In this document: positions 25,343 to 38,100 of the stretch, piece after piece | Layout of the letters: each line of letters starts with the position of its first letter | Position numbering within the stretch: position 1 is the first letter of the stretch | Assembly: GCA_002269645.1 (NCBI GenBank) | Contig: NIVC01000206.1 | Location: forward strand, 186,001-250,000 | DNA length: 64,000 nt | Reading direction: 5' to 3' | DNA from: Macrostomum lignano | Lineage: Eukaryota | The notes under the pieces: model-generated | Seen by the model: only the letters and a program-made list of their open reading frames with translations | Database searches by the model: none | What the model was told of the DNA's origin: nothing | Program-made: the position numbers and the translations under genes

Positions 25343-27241
25343 ATGCATTCGAGCAACCAGGCTTTCACAATAGTCGAGTTTCTGGAGGACAAGTCAGTTG
25401 ATTATGTACCATCGATTTGGCTATTAGCTTCGGACAGTGTTGCCTACCCCACTTCGCAATCAACTAGTCGAGTCGCCTCTTTACGTTCAAAAATGGAAAA
25501 GCCTACAGCTACACTTGAGCCACTATGGCGTTCATGCTCTATTAGAGTCTTAGGTATGGCATCAACTGAACGAAAAGCACGCGAAAAGCTAAAGAAGCTA
25601 GAAGCTGCTGCTGCTGCGGGCGAGGATACACCTGGTCTGGAGACTACTGACTCAGAAGCACCTAGGCAAAGAAAACCAGTTCATCGACTTATCGATATGG
25701 AACCAACACAGAAAAAGCGTAAGAAGAATAAATATGTATCAAGTGATGACGAGTCGTCGAAGTCTAAATCCGATTCGGAGACTGAATCCGAAACTGATAT
25801 GCTGCAGCAAGAGGACGTTGGTGATATTGGCTCGCTATTTTCGCTCCATGGTTGTTCTGCCAGTGCCAGTTCGCATCGACAAGATGACGAGACGTCTGCT
25901 GCTAGCGTCGCTAGCTCAAATCCATCAACAGCTGGACAGTCTGCAAGCGCCTACAACTCGGTTCAACGACAGAAGCAAGCATCTGCTGCTAGCTTCGCTA
26001 GCTCAAATCACTCAGCAGTTGGACAGTCTGCAAGCGCCTGCAACTCGGTTCAACGACAGAAGCAAGCATCTGCTGCTAGTGCTAGCGTCGCTAGCTCAAA
26101 TCACTCAGCAGCTGGACGGTCTGCAAGCGCCTACAACTCTGTTCAACGACAGAAGCAATCATCTGCTGCTAGTGCTAGCGTCGCTAGCTCAAATCACTCA
26201 GCAGCTGGACGGTCTGCAAGCGCCTGCAACTCGGTTCAACGACAGAAGCAAGCATCTGCTGCTAGTGCTAGCGTCGCTAGCTCAAATCACTCAGCAGCTG
26301 GACGGTCTGCAAGCGCCTACAACTCTGTTCAACGACAGAAGCAATCATCTGCTGCTAGTGCTAGCGTCGCTAGCTCAAATCACTCAGCAGCTGGACGGTC
26401 TGCAAGCGCCTGCAGCTCGGTTCAACGACAAGAAACAGCCGCTAGCATGAATTTCTCTGGTCGGTCGGTGTAAGTGCGGGTCTGGGTGATTTCAATGTAT
26501 AATCCAAACCACTAAAATATTCGCTTTTGAAAGCTTAATTGTCATTCTCTTTAACCTCATCCATTCAGTCCTGCTACACCGGTACAATCGGCAGCTGGCT
26601 GCTCGCTTGAATACACCAGTGATGATGACGACACCATTGGACCAGGCCCACTGGACAGTCATTTGACTCCAAGCCCATCGCGACGGGCGGATAATGCTGC
26701 TCCATTGGGTACAAGTTTTTTGTCGCAATTTTGCGCAGAGGAAAACTTTCGTTACACGGGAGATGACGAGACGACTTTAATGCGTTTAGTTTGCTCCACA
26801 TTTTCTTTAGCGAAGGAAAATAACCAGCTGCTAAAACAACTGGCGGCTAGTCGTCAAATGCCCCAGCTTGCAAAGCTAAATTTGCCCTTTGTGCTGCCAG
26901 TAAGCACAAAGGACGAATTGGATCAGCTGGAACAGTACTTAAGGATTCCTAAACAATCAACCATGCTGGCCTCCTATATCGGCTGCATGGTTTCTGATTC
27001 TCAGCGCAAAGCCGTTTTTATGTTAATGCCAAAGTTTATCACTACGCAATTGGCTGCGTCTTTTAATTACGAAGGCAAAAGAGGTGGAAAGGCTGCCTTC
27101 AAGGATTTTGCTAACACAATTTCCTTGGTTAGGCGACTGGTAGCCCAGGGTAGCAAGTCGGGCAAGTGCGAATCAAATATAGTTAAAACAGCCATTGCCG
27201 ACTGGCTCCGTCAGGCGCCTGCCCGCCTTAAGGCGACCTAG
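25343..27241 (+). CDS. Second (TnpA-like/accessory) gene of the EnSpm element, 2 exons, ~599 aa, with a DUF4806-like C-terminus
   Basis: Exons 25343-26469 and 26569-27241 join in frame via GTAAGT...CATTCAG (1800 nt). N-terminal 'IVEFLEDKSVDYVPSIW' and C-terminal 'LPFVLPVSTKDELDQLEQYL...WLRQAPAR' resemble accessory ORFs of animal EnSpm elements; domain name is from recall. Confidence 0.75.
25897..26440 (+). repeat. ~93-bp (31-aa) coding tandem repeat x6 inside EnSpm ORF2
   Basis: SVASSNHSAAGRSASA(Y/C)NSVQRQKQ(A/S)SAASA repeated in the translation. Confidence 0.9.
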
Positions 27242-28808
27242 CTGGCTCCCTTGCACTAGTTCTTATTTGTTTGTTGAAACTTGAAAGCTAGTAGTTATAG
27301 AGATCCACAATCCGCGACGGAATTATTTCAGTCAGTTGCATTTTAGTCTTATATGCAGAAGTAACTACACATGGTGAAGAAATCAGTGGTATACAATCAA
27401 TCCATGCAGTTAGTAGTTACTTATTTACTTAAAAGTATAAAAAACATCTCCAAATCACAAAATAGCGTAAGATAGGTCACTTTCCACCTATTACCTACCC
27501 TACCCAACTCAATTACCTAGACCTAGAGCTACTCCTAAATTAGTTCTACCCATTAAAAAATTTATTTGGGGAAATAAACTACAATGCTAGAAATCTTCAA
27601 TCTAGGAAAATAATTTTCACGAGCACTTTAGGAATAATTGATTGCTCCTTTGCCTTTGAGATTTGACTTGCTTTTTAGACTAATCCACTACTAATGGTAG
27701 CTAATCTACAACAGTTACAAATATATTCAAGATATGAGTAGAAAGGCAATTTTCTAAATAGAATCCTCGTGCCGAGCCCGTAATGTTACTTTTGCCTCTT
27801 CCGTTTCTCTTCCTACCTTAATTCTTGCAGATGCCACCTGCTCTAAAAGCGTGCCGTTTCTCTTCCTGCCTTGAATCTTGCAAATTTGAATTCAGCCTTT
27901 AACTTTTTCTTGTGTCTTTTCTCAATATTTATTTTCGCTCCTATTTTTTAATTAAGTAATCTTTTTTGCATGCTGAAATTAGGTGCAAACATTGCAGTCT
28001 TTACTTTTTCATGTTCTATAGTTTTGTATACTTGGGTGTTATATATATATTTCATAATGCCAATAATAAAACATACTATGGGTGCGACTTGAAACAGAAC
28101 GGTAAAAAATAATTCAGTCAAATGTAGTGAAGAAACATATAATTAAGAGTATATTTTAATCTTAGCGTTCTGTGTTCCATTACTTAATTACTATTTAAGA
28201 AAAATTAAACTGTAAATTGCTTGCCCGAAGAAGTTAAGTGGTGAGAAAAATATGCACCAATGGTTTGTGGCTTAAAATCTAATTAGAACCTGACGATTAT
28301 CGTACTATACGAGCTAATTAAGCTGTTTTAGGACGTTAATCTCCTGCGTAGATAATACGTACATTATTCGTAAAATCAGATACGTAGATTTAAAGCATTT
28401 TCACGCGACACTTTCAACGTGAAATCTACGTAAAATATCTACGTATATTCTACCAAAGTTTTGTTGATATTTAACGTAATTTTAACGTAAATTTTGCGTA
28501 ACTTTTCCAGTTGGGATGGCCATAGAAGTTAGTGTAAAAAACTTTTTTTTTAACTCGCGATAGCGCGAAAATCAACTTACTGAACTCAATTTCGTCAGTA
28601 GTCTCTAAAGTGCATGCATCATTCTTAGTTTGATTAAGTAGCTTTTTATTCAATTTATGAGAAGTTCTATTAAATTCTCAAAAAATAGCGTCGATGTCCC
28701 TAAGCTACTGAACTCAAATTTAGAAGAAACCGGTGTCGGCTTTTTCGCACAAGTGATGAAAAACAGCGGTTGCACCTTCTCCATTAACGCCATCCAAAGT
28801 GGCCTATC

Positions 28809-29113
28809 CATGGAGGAAAGAATAGAATGGAGTGCTGCTAATCTGAGCCAGTTATTTTTGTCTCGCTTGATCTTAACTTTTAGCATCCCTTCCTCCCTCG
28901 TTCTATCCTATTGGCTCGTGACTGCCATAGACAAAGTCTTTTTCGTCTTCGTTCCCCTCTGAAAGGTCTGTCCCAGCATAGTTCGAGCTCGCATCAAAAT
29001 ATGCTTTCAGCCAATAGGAAGGAACGGGGGCGAAAGGGATGTTAAAAGCAAAAATCGAGCGAGATAAAAATAACTTGCTCAGATTAGCACTCCATTCTAT
29101 TCTTTCCTCCATG
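28809..29113. mobile_element. 305-bp MITE with long TIRs and 8-bp TSD (hAT- or P-like)
   Basis: CATGGAGGAAAGAATAGAATGGAGTGC...GCACTCCATTCTATTCTTTCCTCCATG; TSD GGCCTATC at 28801-28808 and 29114-29121. Confidence 0.9.
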
Positions 29114-29152
29114 GGCCTATCTAGGGAATATAAGATCTATGACTTAAACTAA

Positions 29153-30176
29153 CCCTGTAAAAAATTCGGCTGTTTCTTCTCTGCACATTTCAACCGGAAT
29201 CAACCGTATTTGTGCCCTATATCCGCAGTGTGTACAGGAATCAACCGAGGAAACAGCCCGTGACATTTAATTGTGCGGAATCAGCCAAAGAAACAGCCAA
29301 ACATTGTCTTCTTCTGCAGCTGATTCCGCGACTCCTGGTTGATTCCTCAGTTGATTCCAGTGAAGGAATCACCTCAATTTTTCAGTTGATTCCCGCGACT
29401 CCTGGTTGATTCCTCAGCTCAGTCGGACGATTCTTACTACGTAGTACTACAGAGTACTCCGGGTTGATCACAGGACTGACTAATGTCCTTTAGCAGTGTC
29501 GGATGCATCCCCAACCCTAGCAGATCAACCACTTTGAGACCCAAATAATTTACTGTGCAGCTACTTTTACAAGTAGTTTCTTGTACATGTATCAAGAAAA
29601 ATAAGACCACTTTTCAGCGGAAGCACATGAGACAGCACAATTTCAGTCAATAAGCAAAAACGTGGTTGACAAAACCACCAAGCACCATCATCGTCATCAT
29701 AAAAAACAATGTATTTGACAACAACACAATAACAATTCACAACAATCCCACAGGGTCCCCGTGTGAAATTTAATATCAATCTACCATTTTTTCCCAATTG
29801 AAATGAGTAAATCTCACGATTCTATCACTATGCACGACAAAAGTAGAACAGCGGTTGAATTGATTCCCAGAGTGATTCTTGTCCTAGAAACATCTGACTG
29901 CGCTGATTCCCTGTATTGACAGTTTCCTTCCTAAAGGTGGGTTGATTTCTTTAGCTACATTTAGCTGATTCCTTAAGTGGAATCGTCCTATTAAGCTGAT
30001 TCCTAACTTGGCAGATTCCTTCCATTAAATTTGGCTGATTCTTTACCTAGAATCATCTGAAATATGTTGGTTCAGTTGATTCTCAACTACGGCTGTTTCC
30101 ATTCTGTGGAATCATTCGAAATTACTGCTGATTCCAGCTGGAATCAACCGAAGAATCAACCGAATTTTTTGGCGGG
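29153..30176. mobile_element. ~1.0-kb non-autonomous CMC/EnSpm-like element
   Basis: Imperfect TIRs CCCTGTAAAAAATTCGGCTG and inverted CCCGCCAAAAAATTCGGTTG; 2-bp TSD AA; many GGAATCA/TGATTCC subterminal motifs; no coding capacity. Confidence 0.75.
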
Positions 30177-30530
30177 AAATAAAAACACGAAAAGGCATAA
30201 GTCATAGTTACTGTTGTTTTCGCTCTAAATTTAAACTGACAATTTAATAATATTATTAGGAAATTTAAAATCTGAAGATGTTCAGACAGTGTTTAGTTTG
30301 TTTATTTTAAACATTTGTGGTAGAATAATAATTTAAGTATGTTGATAAGATCTTGAAGATAGCATATAGTAGGTTGCTGGTTATTAGTTGGTTAATAATG
30401 GAAAATTAGCCAACGCCTAAGTAGTAGAGAGGTGATTCTAATTTTTAAGGACTAAATATAACTAAAGCAACTAAATTTGTAGGCATTAAGCCTGTACTGT
30501 TGCATATCAGGAGTCTGTCTACAGTTTTGC

Positions 30531-30881
30531 TCAGTGATACTTGCTGTGCGCCTCGGCGGCGTGCTCGTCATATTTGACAACATACCAGATGAACATCGGG
30601 AAGAAGCAGGCCTGAGCAAGCAGCGGGGCGCCAATATTCTTCGGGCTAATCCACCGAAGATTATAGCGCCAATAGGCCCGACCGATGGCTTGACAAATGG
30701 CTATAGGATTGTAGTTCCTGCGGCCTAGCCAGGCTGGCAGATCTTTCACCTTAGTCTCCAGTAGTCTGGTATCGGTGCACCCGTAGTTCCGGTCCGGAGA
30801 GTAGAATCCGTGCACTCGCGGATCGTAGTTGCGGTGATAGCTGCCAACGCCCTGCTTGAATAGTGCGTCTAGAATGCCCAT
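30531..30881 (-). CDS. ATP5MF: Mitochondrial ATP synthase F0 subunit f, single-exon CDS, 116 aa
   Basis: YDPRVHGFYSPDRNYG...DLPAWLGRR...AIGRAYWRYNLRWISPK...KYH matches the invertebrate subunit-f pattern (YNPKVHGPYDPARFYG...AWLGRR...RAWWRW...KYH); minus-strand AATAAA at ~30301-30306. Confidence 0.93.
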   Translation of the reverse strand: MGILDALFKQGVGSYHRNYDPRVHGFYSPDRNYGCTDTRLLETKVKDLPAWLGRRNYNPIAICQAIGRAYWRYNLRWISPKNIGAPLLAQACFFPMFIWYVVKYDEHAAEAHSKYH

Positions 30882-31079
30882 CGTTTGCGAGCTGTTTTCG
30901 CTCTGTTTAGCTGAAATAGTTTTAGCCGGTATTGGATCTGGTTGACAAACTAACCGACATTAAACAGTTGCTTTAAATTGACTCGAAGTTTGTGAAACTG
31001 AGAACTCAGGAGTATGCATTTAATTGCGCGGGAGACAAAGGAAGAAGGAAGAGTGTACAATGGCGGGCCAGAGTAAGCG

Positions 31080-31500
31080 AAGGTAGCGTACATTGGGGGG
31101 GGGAGGCAAGCCAAGGGAGAGTGTACACTGGGGGACAGAAGGCAGCCAAGGGAGAGTGTACATTGGCGGAACAGGGGTAAGATAAGGAAGAGTGTACATT
31201 GGGGGAACAGGGGTAAGACAAGGAAGAATGTACATTGGGGGAACAGGGGTAAGACAAGGAAGTGTACATTGGCGGAACAGGGGTAAGATAAGGAAGAGTG
31301 TACATTGGGGGAACAGGGGTAAGACAAGGAAGAATGTACATTGGGGGAACAGGGGTAAGACAAGGAAGTGTACATTGCCGGAACAGGGGTAAGACAACGA
31401 AGAGTGTACATTGCCGGAACAGGGGTAAGACAAGGAAGAGTGTACGTTGCCGGAACAGGGGTAAGACAAGGAAGAGTGTACATTGGCGGGACAGAAGGTA
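31080..31500. repeat. 34-36-bp minisatellite (GTGTACATTGGGGGAACAGGGGTAAGACAAGGAAGA)n between RBM25 and ATP5MF
   Basis: About 11 tandem copies. Confidence 0.9.
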
Positions 31501-32164
31501 AGAACAGAGCACAGAGGGTAAGAAAGTCAACACACTGCGTACATTTGGAGCACAGTGCATAGGTTAAGCTTGTGTGAGAGAATGATCCCACAACAAATAG
31601 ATAAGGTAATTAATGATTGCAGCTCAACAAGATTCCACAGCTCCGTATGGAAAAGCTGCCAGAAAAATGAAAAAACCTTCATAAAGATTTATTTTACTCA
31701 AATAAACCGGACGCAGGCTAGCAAAATTCACGGCCAGAAAAGAACATCAGCATAGCAGAGAAAGCAAACAAAAGGAAAATGACAGAGAAGTAATGCCCAA
31801 GTAGTTGTTGATGGCACAATTAGCCTGTAACATTTCGTATTCGTGAGTAGAACTAATGTCAATTAACAACAAGAAAACATAAGAAGCAAGGGTCAGACAG
31901 CATTATAAAATGCCAAATAAGCAGAATATAAACGCCCCCAAGTAATATTTAATGTAATTAGGCTGTACACACCAGTTAATATATGATATAATGTAGACTT
32001 GCTGGTCTTGAGGGGAGACCCATCCTAACAGTAACATATTTTGAATGAATGAATGTGACAAAAATGCAAATAACTCAACGGGGGCCAAGTAAGTCTATAT
32101 TTGATGCATTATATTAACATACAATATTATTAAGCTAGTAAAACTGACACAGACGACAGTGGAT

Positions 32165-35100
32165 CTACTTGACCAAGCCGGCCTTCTTAGCCTCGGTCTC
32201 GTAGATTAGCAAACGCCACAGTTTAACAACGAACACTTCGGCCTCATCGTCAAGCACTAGCATGATCTCGTTCAGAATGTCCTCAGGCTTAGTCTTGTCA
32301 ATCACTTTGGCGCACACAAACTCGGTTAGTTGGGCCTCCTCTTCGCCAAGGTATTCGATAATTTTTTTATTAATCCACGGTTTAACGCGATTCTGCATTA
32401 GAGTTGAGTCCACTATGCTCCAATCCAGATTGTAGGCAAACAGCTCATCCTTGGCGGTGGGTATGCCGTCTATTAGGCGTTTAATTAACGCTTTCTTTTC
32501 TTCTTCGTTAGCAAACACCGCCGATGCTGGGGCTGCCTGAGAAGATGAAGCTTGCGAGGAGGCTGAGCGGCCCTGTTGAGGCTGGGGAGGCGGCGCTGGC
32601 TGAGTCGGCTGTTCAGCGGTATCGTTCTCCTCGCACATCATCATATCGCCGTGATCGTGATGGTCATCGTCATCGTCATCATAGTCAGTCCGATGATCGC
32701 GATGACCATCACTAGTATGATCGTGGTCATTGTTGCGCTCATCGGATCTATGGAAATAAAGCGTAGAAATTAATTTACTTTACAAAACCACACAAAAACA
32801 GCGGGAAAAGCAATTTACGCTACTTGCAGTAGTTTACTGCTAAATAACCATTTTGTGTAAGTAATTTCAGTCTTCAAATCTCTGTGCAATAGTGCGGATT
32901 TAAAAAGATATACCACTCTACAATCACATGCAATTTCTATTAGATATGCTACTTCTCTTCCACCACCTACTACTAGTAGTCAAACACGATTACACTAGTA
33001 AACAATGAAGTAAACAAACTAAATAAACAAACAAACCTAAACTTATCGCCGTCGCCATTGCCGTTGACAGAGACGCTACCAGCAATTGTCGATTTAACTT
33101 CGGCAGAATCAACAGCGTCAACAATTTTTGGTTTCTTATCTTCATCTGACGGAGCTGGTTGATTACTACTACTAGTAGCATTAGCAGGCGTTGACGACGT
33201 GAGGTACCGACGCAAATGAGCATCTCGAGCTTCGTCAAGCTCGGCGCAGATCGCTTCAACGTCGGCCTGTTCGCGACCTTCGGCCAGTAGTCTACGCCGG
33301 GCCTCGTCGACTTCGTCCCGCTCCCGCGCCCTGTCCCGCTCGTCCTGCTCGCGTTCCCGATCGCGCTCGCGTAGTCGCCTACGGAACGCGTCGCCGCGAT
33401 AGAATTTCGCGTCGTCCAATTCGTCGTCGTATTCGGCTAGGAAATTGCGCATCTCCCTGGCCTCGTGGGCCTCTTTGTCGCGTCGGCGCAGTTCGCGTTC
33501 ACGCTCTCGCTCGGCGTCGCGGGCCTGCGATGGTTGTTTTTTTACAAAAGAAGTAGCACGTGTACTTTTTTCCTATGGGAATCCTTTACTGGGGATCAAG
33601 ATACTAGATGGGGATTTCTATACATTTGGGGATCAAGATTGTTGCAGCTAGTAGATGGGGATTTCTATATATTGGGGATCAAGATTGTTGCAGCTAGTAG
33701 ATGGGGATTTCTATACATTTGGGGATCAAGATTGTTGCAGCTAGTAGATGGGGATTTCTATATATTGGGGATCAAGATTGTTGCAGCTAGTAGATGGGGA
33801 TTTCTATATATTGGGGATCAAGATTGCTGCAGCTAGTAGATGGGGATTTCTATATATTGGGGATCAAGATTGTTGCAGCTAGTAGATGGGGATTTCTATA
33901 TATTGGGGATCAAGATTGTTGCAGCTAGTAGATGGGGATTTCTATATATTGGGGATCAAGATTGTTGCAGCTAGTAGATGGGGATTTCTATATATTGGGG
34001 ATCAAGATTGTTGCAGCTAGTAGATGGGGATTTCTATATATTGGGGATCAAGATTGTTGCAGCTAGTAGATGGGGATTTCTATATATTGGGGATCAAGAT
34101 TGTTGCAGCTAGTAGATGGGGATTTCTATATATTGGGGATCAAGATTGCTGCAGCTAGTAGATGGGGATTTCTATATATTGGGGATCAAGATTGTTGCAG
34201 CTAGTAGATGGGGATTTCTATATATTGGGGATCAAGATTGTTGCAGCTAGTAGATGGGGATTTCTATATATTGGGGATCAAGATTGTTGCAGCTAGTAGA
34301 TGGGGATTTCTATATATTGGGGATCAAGATTGTTGCAGCTAGTAGATGGGGATTTCTATATATTGGGGATCAAGATTGTTGCAGCTAGTAGATGGGGATT
34401 TCTATATATTGGGGATCAAGATTGTTGCAGCTAGTAGATGGGGATTTCTATATATTGGGGATCAAGATTGTTGCAGCTAGTAGATGGGGATTTCTATATA
34501 TTGGGGATCAAGATTGTTGCAGCTAGTAGATGGGATTTCTATATCCTGCGGTACGAGCAGAACGGATTCCGGCCGCAACGCGGTACAGTGACACAGATCC
34601 TTGCACTCCGCCGTGTCATCGAGGAGGCACGCATCCGCCAGTCTACGCTGATCATTTGTAGCGACTTTCTTCATTTGTTCCACCTTCTCGCTTATGTTTG
34701 TATGTCTTAATTTTGATTGGCTGCCTCTCTGTGCTTATCTCAATCTCTGCCTTCTCTGCCTTCTGGTCGCGTCTTGTACCCACTCCCCATTGCACGCTTA
34801 TTTGTTTTCGTTATCATTTTCTACCCTTCTCGCGCTCTCGTGCTCTTCAATTATTCACCCGTCTCTTATCGTGAATGCAACCCCACCCCTCTAATGTAGG
34901 CAATGTCTTATAAATGTATGAATTTGGGCCCTGCGCTTTCTCATCTGGTTTGTGTGTTCAATTCCAATAAAAGTCTGTCTGTGTTTACTGATATTATTTA
35001 CATCATTAAAGGCGTTTGACTCGGTGTTGAGAGCCGCGCTCCCCTTCGTCCTTTGAGCCTACCGGGTCCCGCAGCAGCTAATCGACGCTATCATGTCGCT

Positions 35101-38100
35101 GTATCGCGATACTCGAGCTGCTGTGGTGACGACGGACGGCCTGTCTGACCTGTTCGACACTTCATCAGGAGTTCTGCAGGGCGACACGCTGGCGCCGTTC
35201 CTCTTCGTGCTGCTGCTGGACTGGGTGCTTCGGACCGCACTCCCCTCGGCTAATGACGGCTTCCTGCGGCGCAGACGCATCGGTCGCCGCCACGGTGAAA
35301 AGCGCCTAAGCGTGCTTGGCTACGCCGACGACCTCGTCCTCCTGTCCTCGTCCGTTGAAGGCGCCCAGCGCCAGATCGACAGGTTGGTCAAGGTGGCATC
35401 GAGCGTCGGACTGGTTGTCAACACGCTGAAAACCGAGGTGCTGACTGTGCCGGCCGACATCCCAGCAGACCTGACGTGCCGCGGCGCAGACGGGCAGACG
35501 ACCAGGCTCGCACTCTGCCAGCGGTTCACCTACCTCGGCGGTCTGGTGCCACACGTGGAAGAGGACTTCCGACGGCGCAGAGGACTTGCCTGGGCGGCCT
35601 TTCGTTCGATCCGAGCCGTCCTCCAGTCCGAAGCGCTGCCCGACCGCCAGAGGGCTCGGCTGTGGCAGGCGGTGGTCGAAACCGTCCTGCTCTACAACGC
35701 CGAGACGCTGACGGCTACGCTAGAGCGGCAGCTGGACTCGGCGCACCCAGGGCTGCTCCGTGCGGCCTTTCGAGCAGACAAAAGCGTCGGGACCGAGGCC
35801 CTGTACGATCGGGCCAAGCTGCAGCGCCCGTCCACCATCCTGCGCCGACGGCGACTCCAACTGGCGGGCCACGTGATCCGGGCCGAGGGCTACTGCCCCC
35901 AACCTGTTCAGGACGTCCTGCTGCTCACCTTGCAGGGCCCGTTCAGGCGGGGTCAGGCCCGAACCCGTCGATACGTGGACTGCCTGCTGTGCGACGCTGG
36001 GGCGCCCGACACTGCCAACGGAGCTGACTTTGTTCGCTCGCAGGCTCTGCGGCGCGCCATCTGACGCGCCCTGCTCTAACTGTGACCTTTTCTTGCAGGG
36101 CCGCGTATTTTGTTTTTGTTGTTGTTGTTTGGATTTCTATATATTGGGGATCAAGATTCTTGCAGCTAGTAGATGGATTTATGCCCCTAAAGACAACGAA
36201 ATCCTTAGTATAGGAGTTGACTATATATCCATAATTTCTAATAGGCAACCCAGGTGTATTAATAAGCTGCATTAATACCTTCTTCTTTTCCCGCTGAGTC
36301 CAGTGCTTCAGCTCCTGCTGATATGACTGCTCCTTGTTCATCATCTTCTCCATCCGGCGTCGCTCAGCCGCCTCCTCGTCTGTTTCAACCGCCGACTTCT
36401 CCGCCGGCGCTGAACTGCCACCGCCGCCGCCGCCGCCGGCTGACGAACGACTTTTAGACGTCGAGCCCTGCTGCTCCCGGCGCTCCTCGCGTTCCTTGTC
36501 CCGATCGCGCTCGCGCTCCTTCTCGCGCTTCTCCCGGCGCCGGCGCTCCCGCTCGCGCTCCCGTTCCCGTTCGAGTTTCTCCTCGAGTTTCGGCGAATCG
36601 TCTCGATAGCGAGATCGAAAGAATTCGATTTCCCGATTAATTATATTGCGCTTATCAACGTCGATGTCCATGTCGTCCAGGGACTCTTTCGGGCCGACTA
36701 GTTTTGGCGCGCGAAAGTCAAGTTCGCCGTCTTCCACTCGTTCGATTTCTGGCACGAAGCGTTGAACGATCTGGAGTGGAATGGAATAAGCTGGGCCTGT
36801 GATAATTCATCTGGGAGGGTGACCGGTGTGTGACCTTAAATCGGGAGAATGACGGGTGTGTGATCTTAAATCAGGGAGAGTGACCGGTGTGTGATCTTAA
36901 ATTAGGGAGAGTGACCGGTGTGTGATCTTAAATCAGGGAGAGTGACCGGTGTGTGATCTTAAATCAGGGAGAGTGACCGGTGTGTGATCTTAAATCAGGG
37001 AGAGTGACCGGTGTGTGATCTTAAATCAGGGAGAGTGACCGGTGTGTGATCTTAAATCAGGGAGAGTGACCGGTGTGTGATCTTAAATCAGGGAGAGTGA
37101 CCGGTGTGTGATCTTAAATCAGGGAGAGTGACCGGTGTGTGATCTTAAATCAGGGAGAGTGACCGGTGTGTGATCTTAAATCGGGGATTGTCAGGTGTGT
37201 GACCTTAAATCGGGAGAGTGACGTGTGTGACCTTAAATCGGGGAGTGTCAGGTGTGTGACCTTAAATCGGGAGAGTGACGTGTGTGACCTTAAATCGGGG
37301 AGTGTCAGGTGTGTGACCTTAAATTGGGGAGTGTCAGGTGTGTGACCTTAAATCGGGGAGAGTGACCAGAGTGTGACCTTAAATCGGGAGAGTGACGTGT
37401 GTGACCTTAAATCGGGGAGTGTCAGGTGTGTGACCCTAAATCGGGGAGTGTCAGGTGTGTGACCTTAAATCGGGGATAGTGACCAGAGTGTGACCTTAAA
37501 TCTGGAGAGTGACCGGTGTGTGACCTTAAATCGGGGAGAGTGACAATTGTGTGACCTTAAATGGGGGAGAGTGACGGGTGTGACCTTAAATCGGGGGGTC
37601 AGGTGTGTTTTTAAATCGTGGAGAGTGACGGGTGTGTCCTAAAAATTGGAAGGGAAACAAGTGTCGGATGCATATCTGAAGGTTTATGAGGGTAACACAA
37701 ACTTAGGATTTGATGGTTAAGATCTCAACATCTGAGCAGGTAGTTAATATCACTGCAAAATTATTCTTTCAATAAAATGTAAACTTTGCGGATTAAAAGC
37801 CTCACCTGGGTCAATCTCCGCTTAATCTCTTCGTCCTTCTCGGCAGCCGGCGCATCGGGCAGGCCGTGCCGTTTCTTATACTCGTCAAGCATGCCCTGAC
37901 TGCTGGCATCGATTCGTACAAGCAGCTTCTTGCCGGCCACATCTATCTGCCCCAGCAACCGGTCGCATATCATCGTAGCAACTGGATCGGCAAATTCGCA
38001 GAAGCCAAACGATTGCAGTTTGCCATCGGCGCCAGTTACCCGTTTCCAACTGTTAACAAAGCCGCAGACGCTTAGCAACTCGCGCATCATCGAGTTCGGC

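Larger units (their letters stand above)
21647..28515 (+). mobile_element. Full-length EnSpm/CACTA (CMC superfamily) DNA transposon, ~6.9 kb, two genes
   Basis: TIRs CCCAATTGGAAAG (21647) and the inverted CCCAACTGGAAAA (ending 28515); 2-bp TSD AT (21645-46 and 28516-17), as in animal EnSpm; subterminal TACGT/CTACGTAAA motifs at both ends; internal transposase and second ORF. Confidence 0.9.

Noticed and set aside
30950-31591. Multiple overlapping ORFs on both strands
   Set aside because: All derive from the 34-36-bp minisatellite.
33445-34710. ORFs 33445-33651, 33465-33836, 34438-34710, 34477-34683
   Set aside because: Translations of the 46-bp array, the antisense RBM25 exon or the LINE junction.
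35943-36278. C-terminal part of ORF 35943-36755
   Set aside because: Read-through past the donor at 36279/36278 into the intron; only 36279-36770 is RBM25 exon.
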